64,000 nucleotides of DNA from Takakia lepidozioides (Eukaryota > Plantae > Bryophyta), in assembly GCA_030704615.1 (NCBI GenBank), contig CM060732.1, positions 4,154,001-4,218,000 on the forward strand, read 5' to 3'. Below, in pieces: positions 13,926 through 27,655 of this stretch (the stretch's first letter is position 1; the number at the start of each line of letters is the position of its first letter). A program made the translations under genes and the position numbers. Under the pieces are notes generated by a model. The model was not told the DNA's origin and ran no database searches. It saw nothing but the letters and a program-made list of their open reading frames with translations.

Positions 13926-14632
13926 CTCTCCCCTCCCCCGCTCCCCCCCCACCCGCTCCCTCCTGTGCACACAGTTTTAGAAACTGCTTATCCTGGTTCG
14001 CGAATTATGTATTGAATCCTGCATAGCTTTATAAAAGACCCAAGTGGGGTGACTGTACAAATGGGTGTAACTGTCCTCAGATGATCTCACAAGCACAACA
14101 TGGCACCCCGACTCCGTATCCGACTCTGCAGGAACTTACCGAGTTAATCGATCTGGAAACATATTTGGAGCTCCCATGATAGGACTTTCAGCCCGTCAGA
14201 CGCACCATGGCTTCTCCCCATTTTCCGCTCCACGGAGATCTCCCCTCGGTCCACAACGCGGGGCAACGATGACTTGGTCCAGCAGCCTGCTGGGCACTAG
14301 TGTAAGTGAGCTGTCAGGCCCGGTCAAACCCCAGCCTCCCCTAGGCCCCTCGCCTAGGGGATGCAAAATGCGCATGCATTCCAAGATTCTAAAGCCTCAG
14401 CTAATATTCCGAAGCCCCAGAATAAGTATTTCGTAATGCACTGCCGTGCGCATCACGCTGACGTGGCAGGTTTTGATTGCGTACGAGGAGGCCTGCTATT
14501 TCCTGTAGCATGTGTCCTTCTTTTCATCTCGTATTTTGTGTCCTTCGTTTATGATGTGACAGGGCTGAAAGACCTACTCAGCAGGTCACTTTATGACCTG
14601 CTCCATCCTTAGCGACAGTGACATTACGTCCT

Positions 14633-14756
14633 GTAGCGCACTGCAGCGCGACCACTACGGGCAGTAGCAGGTCGCTGTGACTGGCTCGACGCTCCCGCGT
14701 CTCGTCACGCACAGCTCCTGCTACGGCCCGTAGTGGCCGCGCTCCAAGTGCGCTAC
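14633..14756. repeat. GC-rich ~40-bp inverted repeat (hairpin, MITE-like)
   Basis: 14633-14671 gtagcgcactgcagcgcgaccactacgggcagtagcagg pairs with 14717-14756 with about 4 differences. Confidence 0.75.
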
Positions 14757-14904
14757 CTAGTACATAGCCCGGGCTTTTGGGAGCCGCCTGGGGCTATTTG
14801 TAATCTACTGCTCCATCGGGTCTCCCTATAGAGCGCCTGTGTATGGAATTCAGAAAACGCCATGCACTTACATACATCAGTGAGTGGTCGGGGCCTAGAG
14901 AGCA

Positions 14905-15022
14905 CGGAGAAGATTCCATGGACAGAAGAAAATGTTTGATAGCCAATAGGCCAGGATAAGATTCCATGGATAGAAGAAAATATTCGATAGCCGGGGATAA
15001 GATTCCATGGCCTGGGATAAAG
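14905..15022. repeat. Short tandem repeat (gataagattccatgg core, about 3 units)
   Basis: aagattccatgg recurs at ~14910, ~14958 and ~14999. Confidence 0.7.
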
Positions 15023-15289
15023 ATTTTATGTCCCGGGCCAAAGAATCTGTAGTCTGTAAAGGATATTTTGTGATGTATGATTCTGTAGGCATATCTACTC
15101 CAGTGTTGGACTGGTATCAAGTTTTTTACATACGAGTGTTGTCCTAGTACCAGACGCATCACAAAACTTTCATACCAGTCTGGTCTAGTCTACATGATGG
15201 TGGATGCATTTTTCTCCAAATACTGGTATGAGTATGAGTATCATGACCACCCTACGAGCTGGTATGAGATATCAACTCTGGTATATTTT

Positions 15290-18200
15290 TATTTATTTTT
15301 TAAAAATTTCGGTAGAAAAAGGACTGTGGCCCTGAAAGCTTTATTGAAGTTATTGAAGGGAAAAAATTGAAACCCTTGTGCGCCCGAAGGCTGCCATAAG
15401 GCATTTCGCATGGATGACCATGTCGGATATCAAAAGAACTGTAGCGAGTGAATACCTATCCCAGGTATGGGTGGGAGAAACCCCCTTGATAGCAAAACAA
15501 TACCATGCTAGTGGGAACACCCCGATAATTAATGACGAGCCGGGTGACTGCTATATACTTGAGGACAACGTTAGCCTAGAAAATTACTGAAGGCCGTTAC
15601 GGCGGACAAACCCTAGGGGATCTTGAAGATGTAACAGGAGCTGAACGGAAGGACGGATAACTGTGGGAAGACTAAGGCAGGGATGGGGGAGTGAAGAAGA
15701 AGAAGAAGGGCGAGGATTAGTATTTGTGAAAAATGAAGCAGAAGCATAAGCATAAGGGAGACTATCTATGAAAATGGAGCCTAGTTCCTGAGGAAAGCCT
15801 GATGTGCCTCCAATTAATGTCAGATCTGTCAAACTTAGGGGAGGCCGAAGAGCCTAGCTCTGCGCCCTTGCCAACACTATGGAATTCCGTCTACCCATAC
15901 ACAGGAGAGATCATCAGTGCAGCGACAAAGGATCCCACACTTCCCCCAGGTTGTTCGGAAGGTATGGAGTAGTCCCGGCTTGCGCTCGGGTTTCTTGGCG
16001 ACCTCTGCACACAGGGACGCCCAAGCTTTTTTCAGCTACCACTGTAAGATAAAAAAAGACCATGGTGAGGAGAGTAGTAGGGGAAGTATTCTCATATTTG
16101 AGTGTCCAGTCACATCTTCCTTTCCAGAGATTCCATAGGGTGGAGCTTCTCAATGTTTCAAACATTGGATAGTCATAGGCTTTGTTTTTGCCCTGTTGAT
16201 CATAGTTTAGAAGGATGACCAATGAGGTAGAGGGCATAAGGCTCCATGATCTGTAGAAATCTCTCACCAGCGGCCAAATAGCTTGAGGGTCCGAGCAGTA
16301 AATGAGACAGTGCTCAATTGACTCAATGGTTCCAATGAAGCAGCATTGGCAAAGTAGGGCCTCCCTGAAATTTAAGTACAGACCCACTTTTAAGACTTTG
16401 TTGGCAATCTGCCATAGAAAAGCGCTTATCTTTGCCGGCTTGGCCTTATCCCATATTCGAGACCAGATAACTACCCAATTCTCTTCTGCAAAATTCTCAT
16501 GAGCCCATGTATCATTCCATTTTGCGAGAAGAGGAGTTGCATTCAGTTGGGCTCTATAACCTCTTTTGGCCGAGTAAGAGAAGAAGGGAAGGAGTCTATC
16601 CCCGAAGGCCCATTTCCACTCAGCCGGATCCAGTTGCAGGGAAGAGATGTCGGAGCCCCCTATGAGAACGAAGCGGTTATGTTTTAGCCAGGGAAGAATG
16701 GGCGAATCCCTTGGAGCCATAGGATTTGGGATCTTCGTTTTGGTAGACCATTGGTAGACCCTGGCTAGGGAGGCCAAGTCTGGCGGGTAGGAGTCAACCT
16801 GCTGGGAAGTGAGCCTAAGAGATCCCAAAAATTCATCGTTGGAAAATGTGGCCTGCAAGAAAGTGCCTAGATATCTCAGTGAGATAGAGGACCGCGGGTG
16901 CTGGGGAGGCAATGAGGACCCATTGACCAGGTATGAACCGGGGAGGGCCTTCTTTGAGCAGTAGCTTCCAAGGATCTGGAATAGAACAAATGATTTGAGA
17001 GATGCTCAATCTTAGACGGCGGGATCCCAGGGCTGCCTGGAGGGTTTGAGGGGTGCTCTACTAGAGGTGCTTGACTGTGGAGATGCCGCAAGTTTCCCAT
17101 GCAACCCATTTTCTAGCCATGCTTTTTTCTTCCATAGAGGGATTCGGATTGTCGTGAAAGGTGGATGACTCTTGTTTTCTCAGAAAGGGCCTAACAGATT
17201 TCCAAGCACTCTAGATTGAAGACCAAAGAGGAGACCCTAGACTCTTATGATTAAAACCTTGGACAATCCATCGATTGGAGGGTGCCCGAGAGGTGGTCAG
17301 CAGGGGGGAGCTAGCAGAAATAGAGGGTGATATCATGAGCTTCCACCATCCTCCCTCTGGACCTAGGTATCTTGGCAATCATTTACCCAACAGTGTTTTT
17401 ATCTGTGTATCCGGGTCTAGGATCCCTAGCCCTCCCATTTTCTTGGGCAGGCATAACTGATGCCAAGAGACTTGAGGTCTCTTGTTGTGCTCCGAGGAGG
17501 TAGCCACCATTGCCCTACCAGTGATGGATAGGTGATAGGAACCCCAGTACGCTAACTATTTTTTGAGTTTTTGCAGGGTAGGGCCCATCCTCTGTTCTTC
17601 CGTGAGATTGATGCCAAAGGTGTGGCCCAGGAGGGTGGTAGGCTCTCCTTCCTTAAGCCAGACTAATCCTAAGTGACCTCCCCATGTAGGTGCTACCCCT
17701 ATTGCTGACTTGGAGGGGTCCCCTATCAGTAGAGCCTTTGTTTTGGTCCAGTTGACTTTGAAGCCCAAGACTCGACAAAAGGCAAGAAGGGTTTCTTCTG
17801 CTGCAGCCAGGGTCTCAGAGGCAACCTCCAGTAACAGGAAAGTGTCATCCACAAACATGGAATCTTTCACTTGTCTCCAGATCTGGGCTTTCGGATTGTG
17901 CAGTCTTAGTCCTTAGACTAGGAGATTGTCATCAAGCATGTAACCTAGAGCATCGGCCACAAAAAGGAAAAGGAAGGGAGCGAGGGGGCATCCCTGCCTT
18001 ACCAACCTCTAGAGAGGGAATGGCTTGGTAAGGTAACCATTGACTATTATTCTACTTGAGGCCCCTTGTAGAAGGATCTGAACCCAATGGCAGAATGACT
18101 CTGGGAGCCCTGCTTTGCGAAGGACTGCCAGGAGGAAGTCCCAATCGACTCTATTGAATGCTTTTTCGAAATCCAGGAGCCATAGGGCGAGAGCTTGGCT

Positions 18201-19881
18201 AGATCTAGCTGCGTATGAGGAGGCCTCCTGGGCTAGCAACACATTGTCGAGGATATACCTGCCCTTTAATTGATGAACCATGCCTGACCTGTACGGATGA
18301 TTGAGGGGAGCAGTAGTTGAAGTCTGAGAGCTAGGCACTTGAGGAGGGTAATAGGCCTATAGTTGCCTATGCAAGCTCTGTCCCCCCTTTTGTGTAAGAG
18401 GGTTATAACCCCTTGAGTCATAGCTTCAGGCATGTGGCCTGCCGTTTTGATTGCATTGGCCATCTTGCAAAAATCTGCCGAGATGGTTGACCACATGGCT
18501 TTGTAGAATTCTGCGGCATGCCATCAATCCCAGGAGTCTTATTGTTATTCATGAGATCCAGAGCACGACGAAGCTCCAGGGGGGTGAGCTGCTCTTCCAG
18601 GGTGGGGCAGCTGCCAGGTTGAACAACCTGGGGCATAGTCTGTAGACACTCCCGCAAGTGATCCTCGTAGCGTGGTATCTTGGGGTCAGCTCTGAATAGG
18701 GTCTGAAAGTGTTGGAACGTCGAGGCACACATGTCCTTGGGGTTGTTAGATTTTGACCCGTCATTGCCTGTGTACACCTCCGATATAAGTTGAAGGGCCC
18801 TCCGCTGTTTCATTTTCTGGAAGAAGTATTTGGACATTTTTTCACCCTTAGCAGACCAGTTGATGCCTGCTTGCATCTTCATTTTGTTTTCTTGAAGGAG
18901 ATGGTAGGTGCCCAGATTGGCCCTGGCTTCCAGATAGGTTTGGAATGTATGATCATCGTAGTACCGAGCTTCAATTTTCCTCTAGCAGATGCTGAGACAT
19001 TTCTTTAGGGCTAGAGCTCTTTTCTTCTGGGCCTCTTTAATTTCCTTACTACGTTGTTGGCTTTCCTTGCAGGCTGTACCTAATTTGGCTTGGAATTTGA
19101 GGAATATTGGGCATTGGATGTCATTTCCAGATGACAGCCATGTTGTTTTACCTCTCACCTCCGTATTCCATCCTTCTTAGAGGGCCTGAGTTTCTATATC
19201 CCTTTGCCCCTTGGGAATGAGTTAGGCAGGTTTAGAAACCCCGCTATCATGGCGTGGTCAAAGCCTTGAGGAATGGGTTCCTGCGGAGCTGAGAAGGTAG
19301 CTGGGGAGAGGGAAATAGAAACGTAAAAGTGGTCTAGCCTGGCCATGGTGAGATCAGAGATGCTTCTATTGTTGGTCCAGGTGAAGTAGGGTGAAGTTCC
19401 TGCTGGGTCGTGAGCAGGTCTGTTTATCTCAGTGAGGCTATGGGTCTAGATAAGGTTGTGCCAAGAGTGGTCTTCCTCGGAGGTGAGATGGTGAGATCCA
19501 AACCCCTGTCTATCATATGCATTCTCGACCATATTGAAATCGCCGGCTAGAATCCATTTGTGGATGTCTAGCTGTTCTGACATTAGGTTATGAATTTTGG
19601 TCCAAAGGGCAGCTCTATCTGCTGGGGAGTTCTGGTGACATTGATTGAAAAGTCGAGGTGAGAGGAATTGGGTAGGATTTCGGATAGTCGGTTGCGAATG
19701 AGGCTTGTGAGGGATGGGGATGATGGATAGGAGAGATGGGCCGAGTTCGTTTGCCTGTGTAAGTCCCAAAAGGGGGGAGGAAGAGAAATAGATGGGAGGA
19801 TCTTCTAGGAGACTGGAAGCGAGTAGACAGGCTGAAGGCACAGAATCCTACATTTACGCCTGTTGCTAGAGTTGGCAGCAA
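15290..19881 (-). mobile_element. Degenerate L1/Tx1-type LINE ORF2 (APE-RT-zf-RVT) with A-rich tail
   Basis: APE: WILAGDFN, LDHFYVS, DHA. RT: KTPGIDG, NYRPITLL, LDFEKAF.RVDW, RQGCPLAP.LF, FVDDT, GGLG. Zinc finger CQCC..ESIEHCLIYC. AATAAA and A-rich tail near 15290-15345. Many stops and frameshifts. Confidence 0.9.
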
Positions 19882-21947
19882 AAATGAGCAATGGGATTGA
19901 AGGGGTGGGGGAAAGGGGACTTACAGGGATGGATTACAAGTTTATCAAATAGCAAGTATCATTGTTTTTTTTTAAGAAATTTGAAAACAACACGAGTGGC
20001 TACAGAGTTTTGCAAAAATAGCCGTACATTCTATTCATCCACTAAAATTAAGAGAGAATCATCCACTTCTATACTTCAATCCATTTATATCATCCATATT
20101 TGGCAAATTTATTTATTTATTTTATTTGGAGAAGTTTGGCGATTTCATCCATGAAAAAATAGGGAATTTACGATATTCCATTTTACTTTTTGAGGTCGAA
20201 ATCTGGCGAAAATTCGCCAATAAAAAAACGCTTGCAAGTATCAAGTGAAAACAAATAAAATACACATAAAGAAGTAAATATACATAAGTACAAATATATA
20301 GGCATATGTACACATAAATTAATATAGTACACATACCAGAGTAAATGAGGAAGACGGCCGGGGAGTACTGGTATTGTGTCTGGTATGAAAAAACTAATAT
20401 CAACCTGGTCTAGTATATATGACCAAGTATTCTCCCAAATGATACCAGACTCGGTTGGTATCTAATACGAGTGCATAGACCAGTATACATACCAGTCCTT
20501 CACCTATATACCAGTCCAACACTGGTCTACTCTGGATCCGTAAGTTTCTATTCACGTATTCTACTTGCATCCGTTGAATTATACAGAATAGGCATACGCG
20601 AGCGCGAACATATGGATAAGTATGCGTTTATGTATGTAATTACAAATGTGTCGTGAGCTTCTACTGGTGGTTTTATCCACCCTCAACCATCTTCAAATCA
20701 TACAGCAGAGTATGGGATTGTTGAGAACTTTGCAACATTGTCGGAATTTAGTCACCTCAGCCTCGGACCTCTTCCTTCAGGGTTGTTCTACAAACAATCA
20801 AAAAAGCTTAGAGGTTCTGGAGACAGTAGAGGCTATCACCTTTTGCCATACCCACGGGCAGCAAGATCTTTCTTTGGGAACCTAGCTAGTGATTTGTTCC
20901 CAACCCAATGACACTTCCGAGGGGTGCAATCGCTACATACAGCGAGATTCTACGCGATCCTTATACAGCAAGATACCATAATGACAATTACAATGTTGAA
21001 GACAACCTCCACTCAAGTCCTAGTGCAAGCCCAATGAATACAACTCCACGCTCTTCCCATCTTCAACCACCAAGGCGGCCAGCCCAACAACCTGAACCTA
21101 TACTCACAAGACAGCTTATACTACCTGCACCTGCATTACATGCAACAAGTTCTTCAAGCAGTGATCTTGAGGAAGAACTCCTAGGCCAACCTCGTCCTCG
21201 CATTGGTGAGCCAAACATCAAACCCCCTCATTTGATTATGTGATCCCTGTCAAACCAAGAGCGTGAGAGTGGACCGTTGCAGATGAATCTTACCTATAGG
21301 TTTGACCAGTGGTGCAGGGGCATCGAGGTCATTGTGCCATTCAAGTTCCACCATGTCAGATCCACAACAAAATGCAGGTATGGTATCGTACAAACTAGGA
21401 CAAAAGCAAATAGGGCATCTAATTCAGAACTTTCAAAAGGTTTTTCAGCTGCTATAATGCATCCAACTTGGGGCTAAAGGGCTGACTATCCACATTCCAA
21501 AAATTAGTTTACCTTGTGATGCCTTGCACTTTGGGTTGGCTGCAAGTAGTAACTAGCAAACAAATAACGTGTATATCGTTCAGGTATCTATCAACCAACC
21601 TAATAGAGTTATTACTGTGGTTCTATAGGTTGGCCAAACATGGATTATACAATAGGTAATCTTAAGAAATTGATTCTATCATTTATTACAAAATCCCCCT
21701 GGCTTCTGCGAACACGTCTGCCAGGGGGGCTACTATTTCATGAGCCATGAGCCATGAGCAAACTCGTAACTGCCGAAAAAATCATGAGCAAGAATTTTTT
21801 TCACAAATGATTGTCCACGGGAATAGGGTATAGGGTTCCACGGTCATAGGGGGACAAGGACCTCCCAATGAAGGAGGTTGGGCAATGTTTTTTAAATTCC
21901 ATATTGAAACTCCAAAGTTTAAATTCATTGTCATGGTTGCGGATGAA

Positions 21948-22996
21948 CTATATATTGTTCAGGGGGGAAGATGATAGCCAATCGTGAGCCCCCGGATGGA
22001 AATTCGGCGCCCTATTTGGACATCCGGTGGGAGTTGGATGAAACCTTCTCTGGGGGAGAGAAGCACAGGTGGCACTGATGTGTGCCAACTTGGCGGCCAA
22101 CCGGCCATCCAATGCCTTCAAAAAACTCTCATTCGCACACATAATCACTGTTTCTGGCTCCAACTTTGGCATGCCCTTCATTTCCACTGGCTCGCACGGG
22201 TGCCCCCGCGGGGGGTTGAAGAGTGTCTTCTTTGCTGAGCCAGTTTTCACAACTTTCACAATAAGAGGGGGTAGAGGGGATTTTGGCTGGCCACCGAACA
22301 CTGGATTATCCTTTAGCATTATTTGGAATTCCGTGTTGCGAGTGTGCTAGTGGGGACCCCAGGCTGCAAACTCTTCCGCTGTCGGGCCACGCTATTCACC
22401 TTCCTCATTCTCAATGGAAACATAGAAGGCGGCAGACCCCAGCCGATAGCCTTCTCGGAATGCGAGCTTCATCTTATTCACATCCCATGCGAGAACAAGC
22501 CTCACTATCAGGAGGGAGACCATTTGACAGAGTGGAATTCGCAGTGTGCAAGGGAAGACCCTGGTCCTAAGAACTCTGCCAATGATGTTGTGAGTCTCCT
22601 CCAACATTTCGGCTCTGGGTGGTCCATCTGAATAGCCCCTTCCCCCACCCCCAAAAATGTCGTCGGAGGATTTCCAGAGTGCAGCGGAAGGTCGGGGGTG
22701 TGTGCGAGCTGCAGTAGCTTCCCCCGTTTCGTCCTGCGGGTCTTCAGAGCCTTGTGATCCCTCCACCACCTCCACCTTTGGAATCAGACATCCAAACATT
22801 TCCATGCATTCAAGTATCCTAGCAACAAGCCACACAAAGCAACAAAAAAACACAACGCAAAGAAGGTTTCGGTGCTCGATCAGGGGACCGCATCCCGAAA
22901 TCACCAAGCTCTCACTGGAGGCTGCGTCGACCGTGTCGCCTATTGCGCAATGATGACCATCTCCTCCCAAAGGCGAAGCAACTACCTCTTCGGCAT
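21948..22996 (-). pseudogene. Internally deleted paralog of the ParB-MTase accessory gene
   Basis: LRIPLCQMVSL...FAFREGYRLGSAAFYVSIENEEGE is joined directly to KTGSAKKTLFNPP...NESFL.ALDGR (cf. 49980-50130 and 47654-47860). Confidence 0.75.
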
Positions 22997-23409
22997 TGGT
23001 CTCGGTCCGCAGTATAGTTTGCGGAGCTTGTGACGACGGCTCTTCTCTGACACATCAACTTCCTCACTATCAGGCTGCAGCATAAGAGAAACTGAAGAGA
23101 AGAAATGAGGCAAAGAGTGGTGTTGCAAGGGGTGCTAGAGCAATGAAAGAGTCACCAGCGAAAGATGACATCAAACGGCAGAGATTCGAAAGGTCGGGGC
23201 CTACGTGTCTCCTCGTGAGGCAGGGGGCCCCTTCGTCGTCGGTAAATTGAATTCAAAGAAATAGGGTCTAGTGTCTGTCAGACAGTCAGTGATGATGCAA
23301 TGGTCCGGCACCGCCGCCTCCAAACATGTGCTGGCAATGACCCCTTCAACTATTGTTTCAGCCTCCATGAGTCAACATGTCATAAAGAAAAGGAACAATG
23401 GCAATCCGG

Positions 23410-23810
23410 ACGGAAATGCGGCGCCGCATTCCAGTTCAACTGCCAGGTACACAAATTGAAGTGGTCTTTTGGGACGGGAATGCGACACGACATTTCCATC
23501 CCACCAGAAAATGAAGGGATGGTCCACTATCAGTCTAGACGGAAATATGGTGGCTCATTTCCGTCTAGACTATAAGGAAAGCAATGTCTGGACGGAAATG
23601 CGGTACCGCATTTCCATCCGACCACCTGTTCAAGGATTGTATAGTTGGAGCCCGGACGAAAATACGGCACCGCATTTCCGTCCCACAAGGTATTAAGTGA
23701 TGTTTAGGTGTCAGTCCGGACGGAAATGCGGAACCGTATTTCTGTCCAGACTGTTGGAAATGCATGGTGGAATGGAAGCCTGGACGGAAATGCGGCACCG
23801 CATTTCTGTC
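23410..23810. repeat. Palindrome array, 7 units, 64-bp period
   Basis: ACGGAAATGCGGYRCCGCATTTCCGT-like units start at 23410, 23474, 23539, 23592, 23656, 23720 and 23784. Confidence 0.9.
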
Positions 23811-24099
23811 CCGATTGGCATCCCCCCTTGCATGATGATCATCATTTGGAGAAAGGAGGCGGGGGGGGGGATGAACCTGGCGACGGAAATGCACCTACCC
23901 ATCACTATACCTGGCAATCCACCCGTGCTCTTTGCAAGTGGTCTGACAATTTTTTATTTTTTATTTTTCCTCTAGTCATCCCTGCTCGATGGGAATTCGG
24001 CACCACATTTCCACCGAAAGGGGGGTGGGGGGGATCCCTAATACTACCTTACTCATGGACAGTGCCCACCCAATTATGGGAAGGAGCAGATGAAAAGAC

Positions 24100-25488
24100 C
24101 ACCATGTAATGCTAGCCAATATGCTTGGCATGGTTCTGCTTGATGTACTCCCACCAGGCAAGAAGTCGGTGATTCCCATCCCACACAAAAAACATTTGGC
24201 CCGACATATGGCCGAAGTCTGGATCACCCTTCAGCATTGTCTCAAATTTGTCGTTGCGAGTGTGCCAGTGGGTATCCCATGCTGTCAATTCATCCACAGT
24301 GGGTCCACGAGTTTCGCCGTCCTCATTCTCAATGGAAACGTAGAAGGCTGGCAAACCTAGACGATACCCTTCTCGAAATGCAAACTTGAGCTTATCCACA
24401 TCTCCTGGAAGAGCCTGCTTGACGATGGGAAGGGAGACCATGCGACAGATTGGAATTCGAAGAGTCCGCTGGAATACCCTGCTGCCCAGAACTCTGCCAA
24501 TACTATTGTGTGTCTCCTCCAACATTGTATCCGTTGCACTTTGGAATTCCTCTGGAGACATTTCTGCAGGTGGCGGTAGGGGCTGAGCAGCTGGAGCATC
24601 CCCAACTGCACCTGTAGTCTGGGGAATCTGTGTGGGCAATTCTCGCATTGCAGAGGCCTCCTCCGGGCTTGCATCATTCTGAAGTTCTTCCACAATGGTG
24701 GTGAAGTCCTGCTGCGAACGATGAGCAGCAGCACCCTCCTCCGCTGACAGTTTGACGAAATCGGTCGATCTCGTTGCCTTCACTGCAGCAGAGACGCCCC
24801 CAACATCACCTGTCTGGAAATCAAGCAAAAATTGGGCTTCAGCTCATAGAATCGGTTTTGCGGGAGATTGCTCCGCCCTCCCCCTGATTGCCTTCTGCTC
24901 CTTGACTCTTGCAGGTGAAGGTGTCTGCTGCATTTGAATCTACACTGCACCCTTCTGCTTCATTCTCTTGGGGGGGGACGGCCTGGTCCGGTTCAAAAAC
25001 CAGTTCAAGGACGGGCTTCTTCTTCTTCGTCTTTGCTGGTCAAGGGGCCGACCCTTGTTGGTGATTCTTCATGAGCTTCAAACGCGAGTCTTTCTCTGGT
25101 GCTTTGAACTTCAAAGACTTGCCTTTCGAAGCCAAGTCCTTGAAACGCACAGGACTAAGCCCGCCAGGAAGACCCGTGCTCGTTGATCGGATGGGTGTGC
25201 GTGCTGCAGTTAGCTCCACGGATTTGTCTTGCGGCTCTTCAGATTCCTGCAATCTCTCCACCACCTCCACCTTTCAAGCTAGGCATGCAAACATCTTCTG
25301 CATTCAATTGTTCTATCATATAGTCTAACAATTGCACAACGAAAATGAGGGAGGGTTTCTGTGCTTAATCAGCTGCGCGCATCCCGATTGCACGGAGCTC
25401 TCAATGGGGGCTGGGTTGCCTGTGTTGCCTATTGCTGCACGATGACCATCTCCTCCTGAAGACGCATCTGCTTCTTCCCCTTCGACAT
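24100..25488 (-). pseudogene. 5' half of the ParB-domain accessory gene (truncated before the MTase domain)
   Basis: Collinear with 49760-51057; contains FFVWDGNHRLLAWW at ~24150-24190. Confidence 0.8.
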
Positions 25489-25931
25489 TGGCCTTCATCC
25501 AAAGTACAACTAGCGGAGCTTGTGACGACGTCTCTTCTCTGGTGCATGAACTTCCTCCCTCTCAGGTTGGAGCATAAGAAGAGTAAAGACACGGAAAAGG
25601 GGCGAAGAGTGCAGATGGAAATGGCGCGATAGGGGTGACTGAGCAGACACGACAAAAGAAGATGAAACGGCGGTGATGCACCACTTGGGTTCGAAAGGCT
25701 AGGATGGAAGAGTCTCCTCGTGGACTATGCGTCATTACGAAATTCGAATTGTCAAAGGTACGCCTGCACTCTGCCAAACAAACCTAATTATCCAACAGTC
25801 AGGTCGCGCCGCCTCCTGCCACTTCAGCCAGCATGAGTGCAGACATCAAAATGCGGTGCCGAATTTCCGTTGGGCCACGTGTTCATATATCATGGCATTT
25901 CTGTCCCAGCGTCTGATGAGTTAGAGTGAAA

Positions 25932-27266
25932 ACGGAAATGCGGCGCCGCATTTTCGTTCTGGAAATTCAAAAGGTACGACTCGCACGGAAAGGTGCCGCA
26001 TTTCAGTTGCACTGTTTCATGATTTACAATCACAAAGGAAATGCGGCACCGCATTTCCGTTCCACTGTTACATACCTTACATGTTGGACGGAAATGCGGT
26101 GCCGCATTTCCCGCATTTCTGTTCTGGAAAGTATAAAGGTTTCCCCCGGACGGAAATGCGGTGCCGCGTTTCTGTTGCACTGTTTGATTGATTCCATGGA
26201 TAACGGAAATGCGGTACTCTACCTAACGGTAATAAGTTGTAGGCGAATTTCCTCTATAACACACATGTCGGATATACTTAAAGTTGTCGTGCGGTGCCGC
26301 ATTTCCATTGCACTGTTTGATTGATTCCATGGATAACGGAAATGCGGTACCGCATTTCCGTTCTGAAAATTCGGAAGATACGACTCCAACGGAAATACGG
26401 TCCCGCATTTTAGTTGCATTGTTTCATGATTTACAATCACAAAAGAAATGCGGCACCGCATTTCCGTTCCGAAAAGAATATTGGTTTCCCCCGGATGGAA
26501 ATGCGGTGCCGCGTTTCCGTTGCACTGTTTGATTGATTCCATGGATAACGAAAATGCGGTACCACATTTCCGTTCCACTATTGCATGTCGTACAAGTAGG
26601 ACGGAAATGCGGCACCGCATTTCCGTTTTGAAAATTCGGAAGGTACGACTCCAACGGAAATGCGGTGCCGCATCTCAGTTGCACTGTTTTATGATTTACA
26701 ATCACAACGGAAATGCGGCACTGCATTTCAGTTCCACTGTTACTTACCTTACTTGTTGGACGGAAATACGGTGCCGCATTTCCGTTGCACTGTTACAGTC
26801 CTTGCATGTTGGATGGAAATGAGTCGCCGCATTCCCGTTCTGGAAAATACAAAGGTTCACCTCGGACTGAAATGTGGTGCCGCATTTTCTCATCCAACAG
26901 CAATCGAAAGTAAGAGACCGGATGGAAACGCGGCACCGCATTTCTGTCCTCTGGATTCCATTGAAGGAGCCCGGACGGAAATGCGGCACCGCATTTCCGT
27001 TCTTCCCTATCCAAGGTGTCCCAGTCAACGGAAATGTGCCGTCGCTATTCTTTTCTATCGTGTCTTCCTAGTCCTAGTCGACCGAAATGCGATACCGCAT
27101 TTCCGTTCCACCATGTGCTTGCTTGTACGGTGGACTGAAATGCGCTACCGCATTTCTGTTCCAGCACTAGTTTGGTTTCCCCATTGACGGAAATACGGTG
27201 CTGCATTTTCGATCATAATCAGCGAGAGGACGATGTCAAACTGGAATGCGGCACCGCATTCCCGTT
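25932..27266. repeat. Palindrome array, ~25 units: 26-bp repeat + 27-bp variable spacer (53-bp period)
   Basis: Repeat starts 26336, 26389, 26442, 26495, 26548, 26601, 26654, 26707, 26760, 26813, 26866, then 26922 to 27240 in exact 53-bp steps. Lies between the divergent accessory gene and the transposase. Confidence 0.95.
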
Positions 27267-27655
27267 CCGTCATGTGCAATGGGATGCATTGTTCCGAAAC
27301 AACACAATTGCGGCCTGTCTTAATGCGCAAGTTGGTCGTCTAATCGTTTTAACTAACAGTCTTGGCACTTGTCAGTGCGAATGTTCAGGTGTGCACCGAG
27401 AATACTGCTGGATCCACCCTCAGGAAAAACTGTCAGGAGATGTTATTTCGTCGCCGAAATGGCCATCATTGTTATACATACAGGATATGGAATCACACCT
27501 CCCACCTTCATGCATGTATCTTGAAACATTCTTTTCCACTTCAATGTGCGACTTCCAATTGTGGATGGCCTCCGCAGTTCCAATTACGTGGTGCCTGTGA
27601 GCCTTGGTGTGTCGCTATAGTGATCCTCGGACTTGCCAACTTCGTGCGGTGTTCG

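Noticed and set aside
15100-20540. CTGGTAT/ATACCAG-rich DNA on both sides of the L1 as an interrupted DNA transposon
   Set aside because: Plausible, but no TIR or TSD could be defined by eye.
20646-21480. Possible gag remnant
   Set aside because: Only a vague resemblance; no diagnostic motif.
25932-27266. Calling the palindrome arrays a true CRISPR locus
   Set aside because: Eukaryotic intron-rich context, no cas genes, repeats degenerate throughout, spacers recur in higher-order blocks, and isolated repeats occur in introns.
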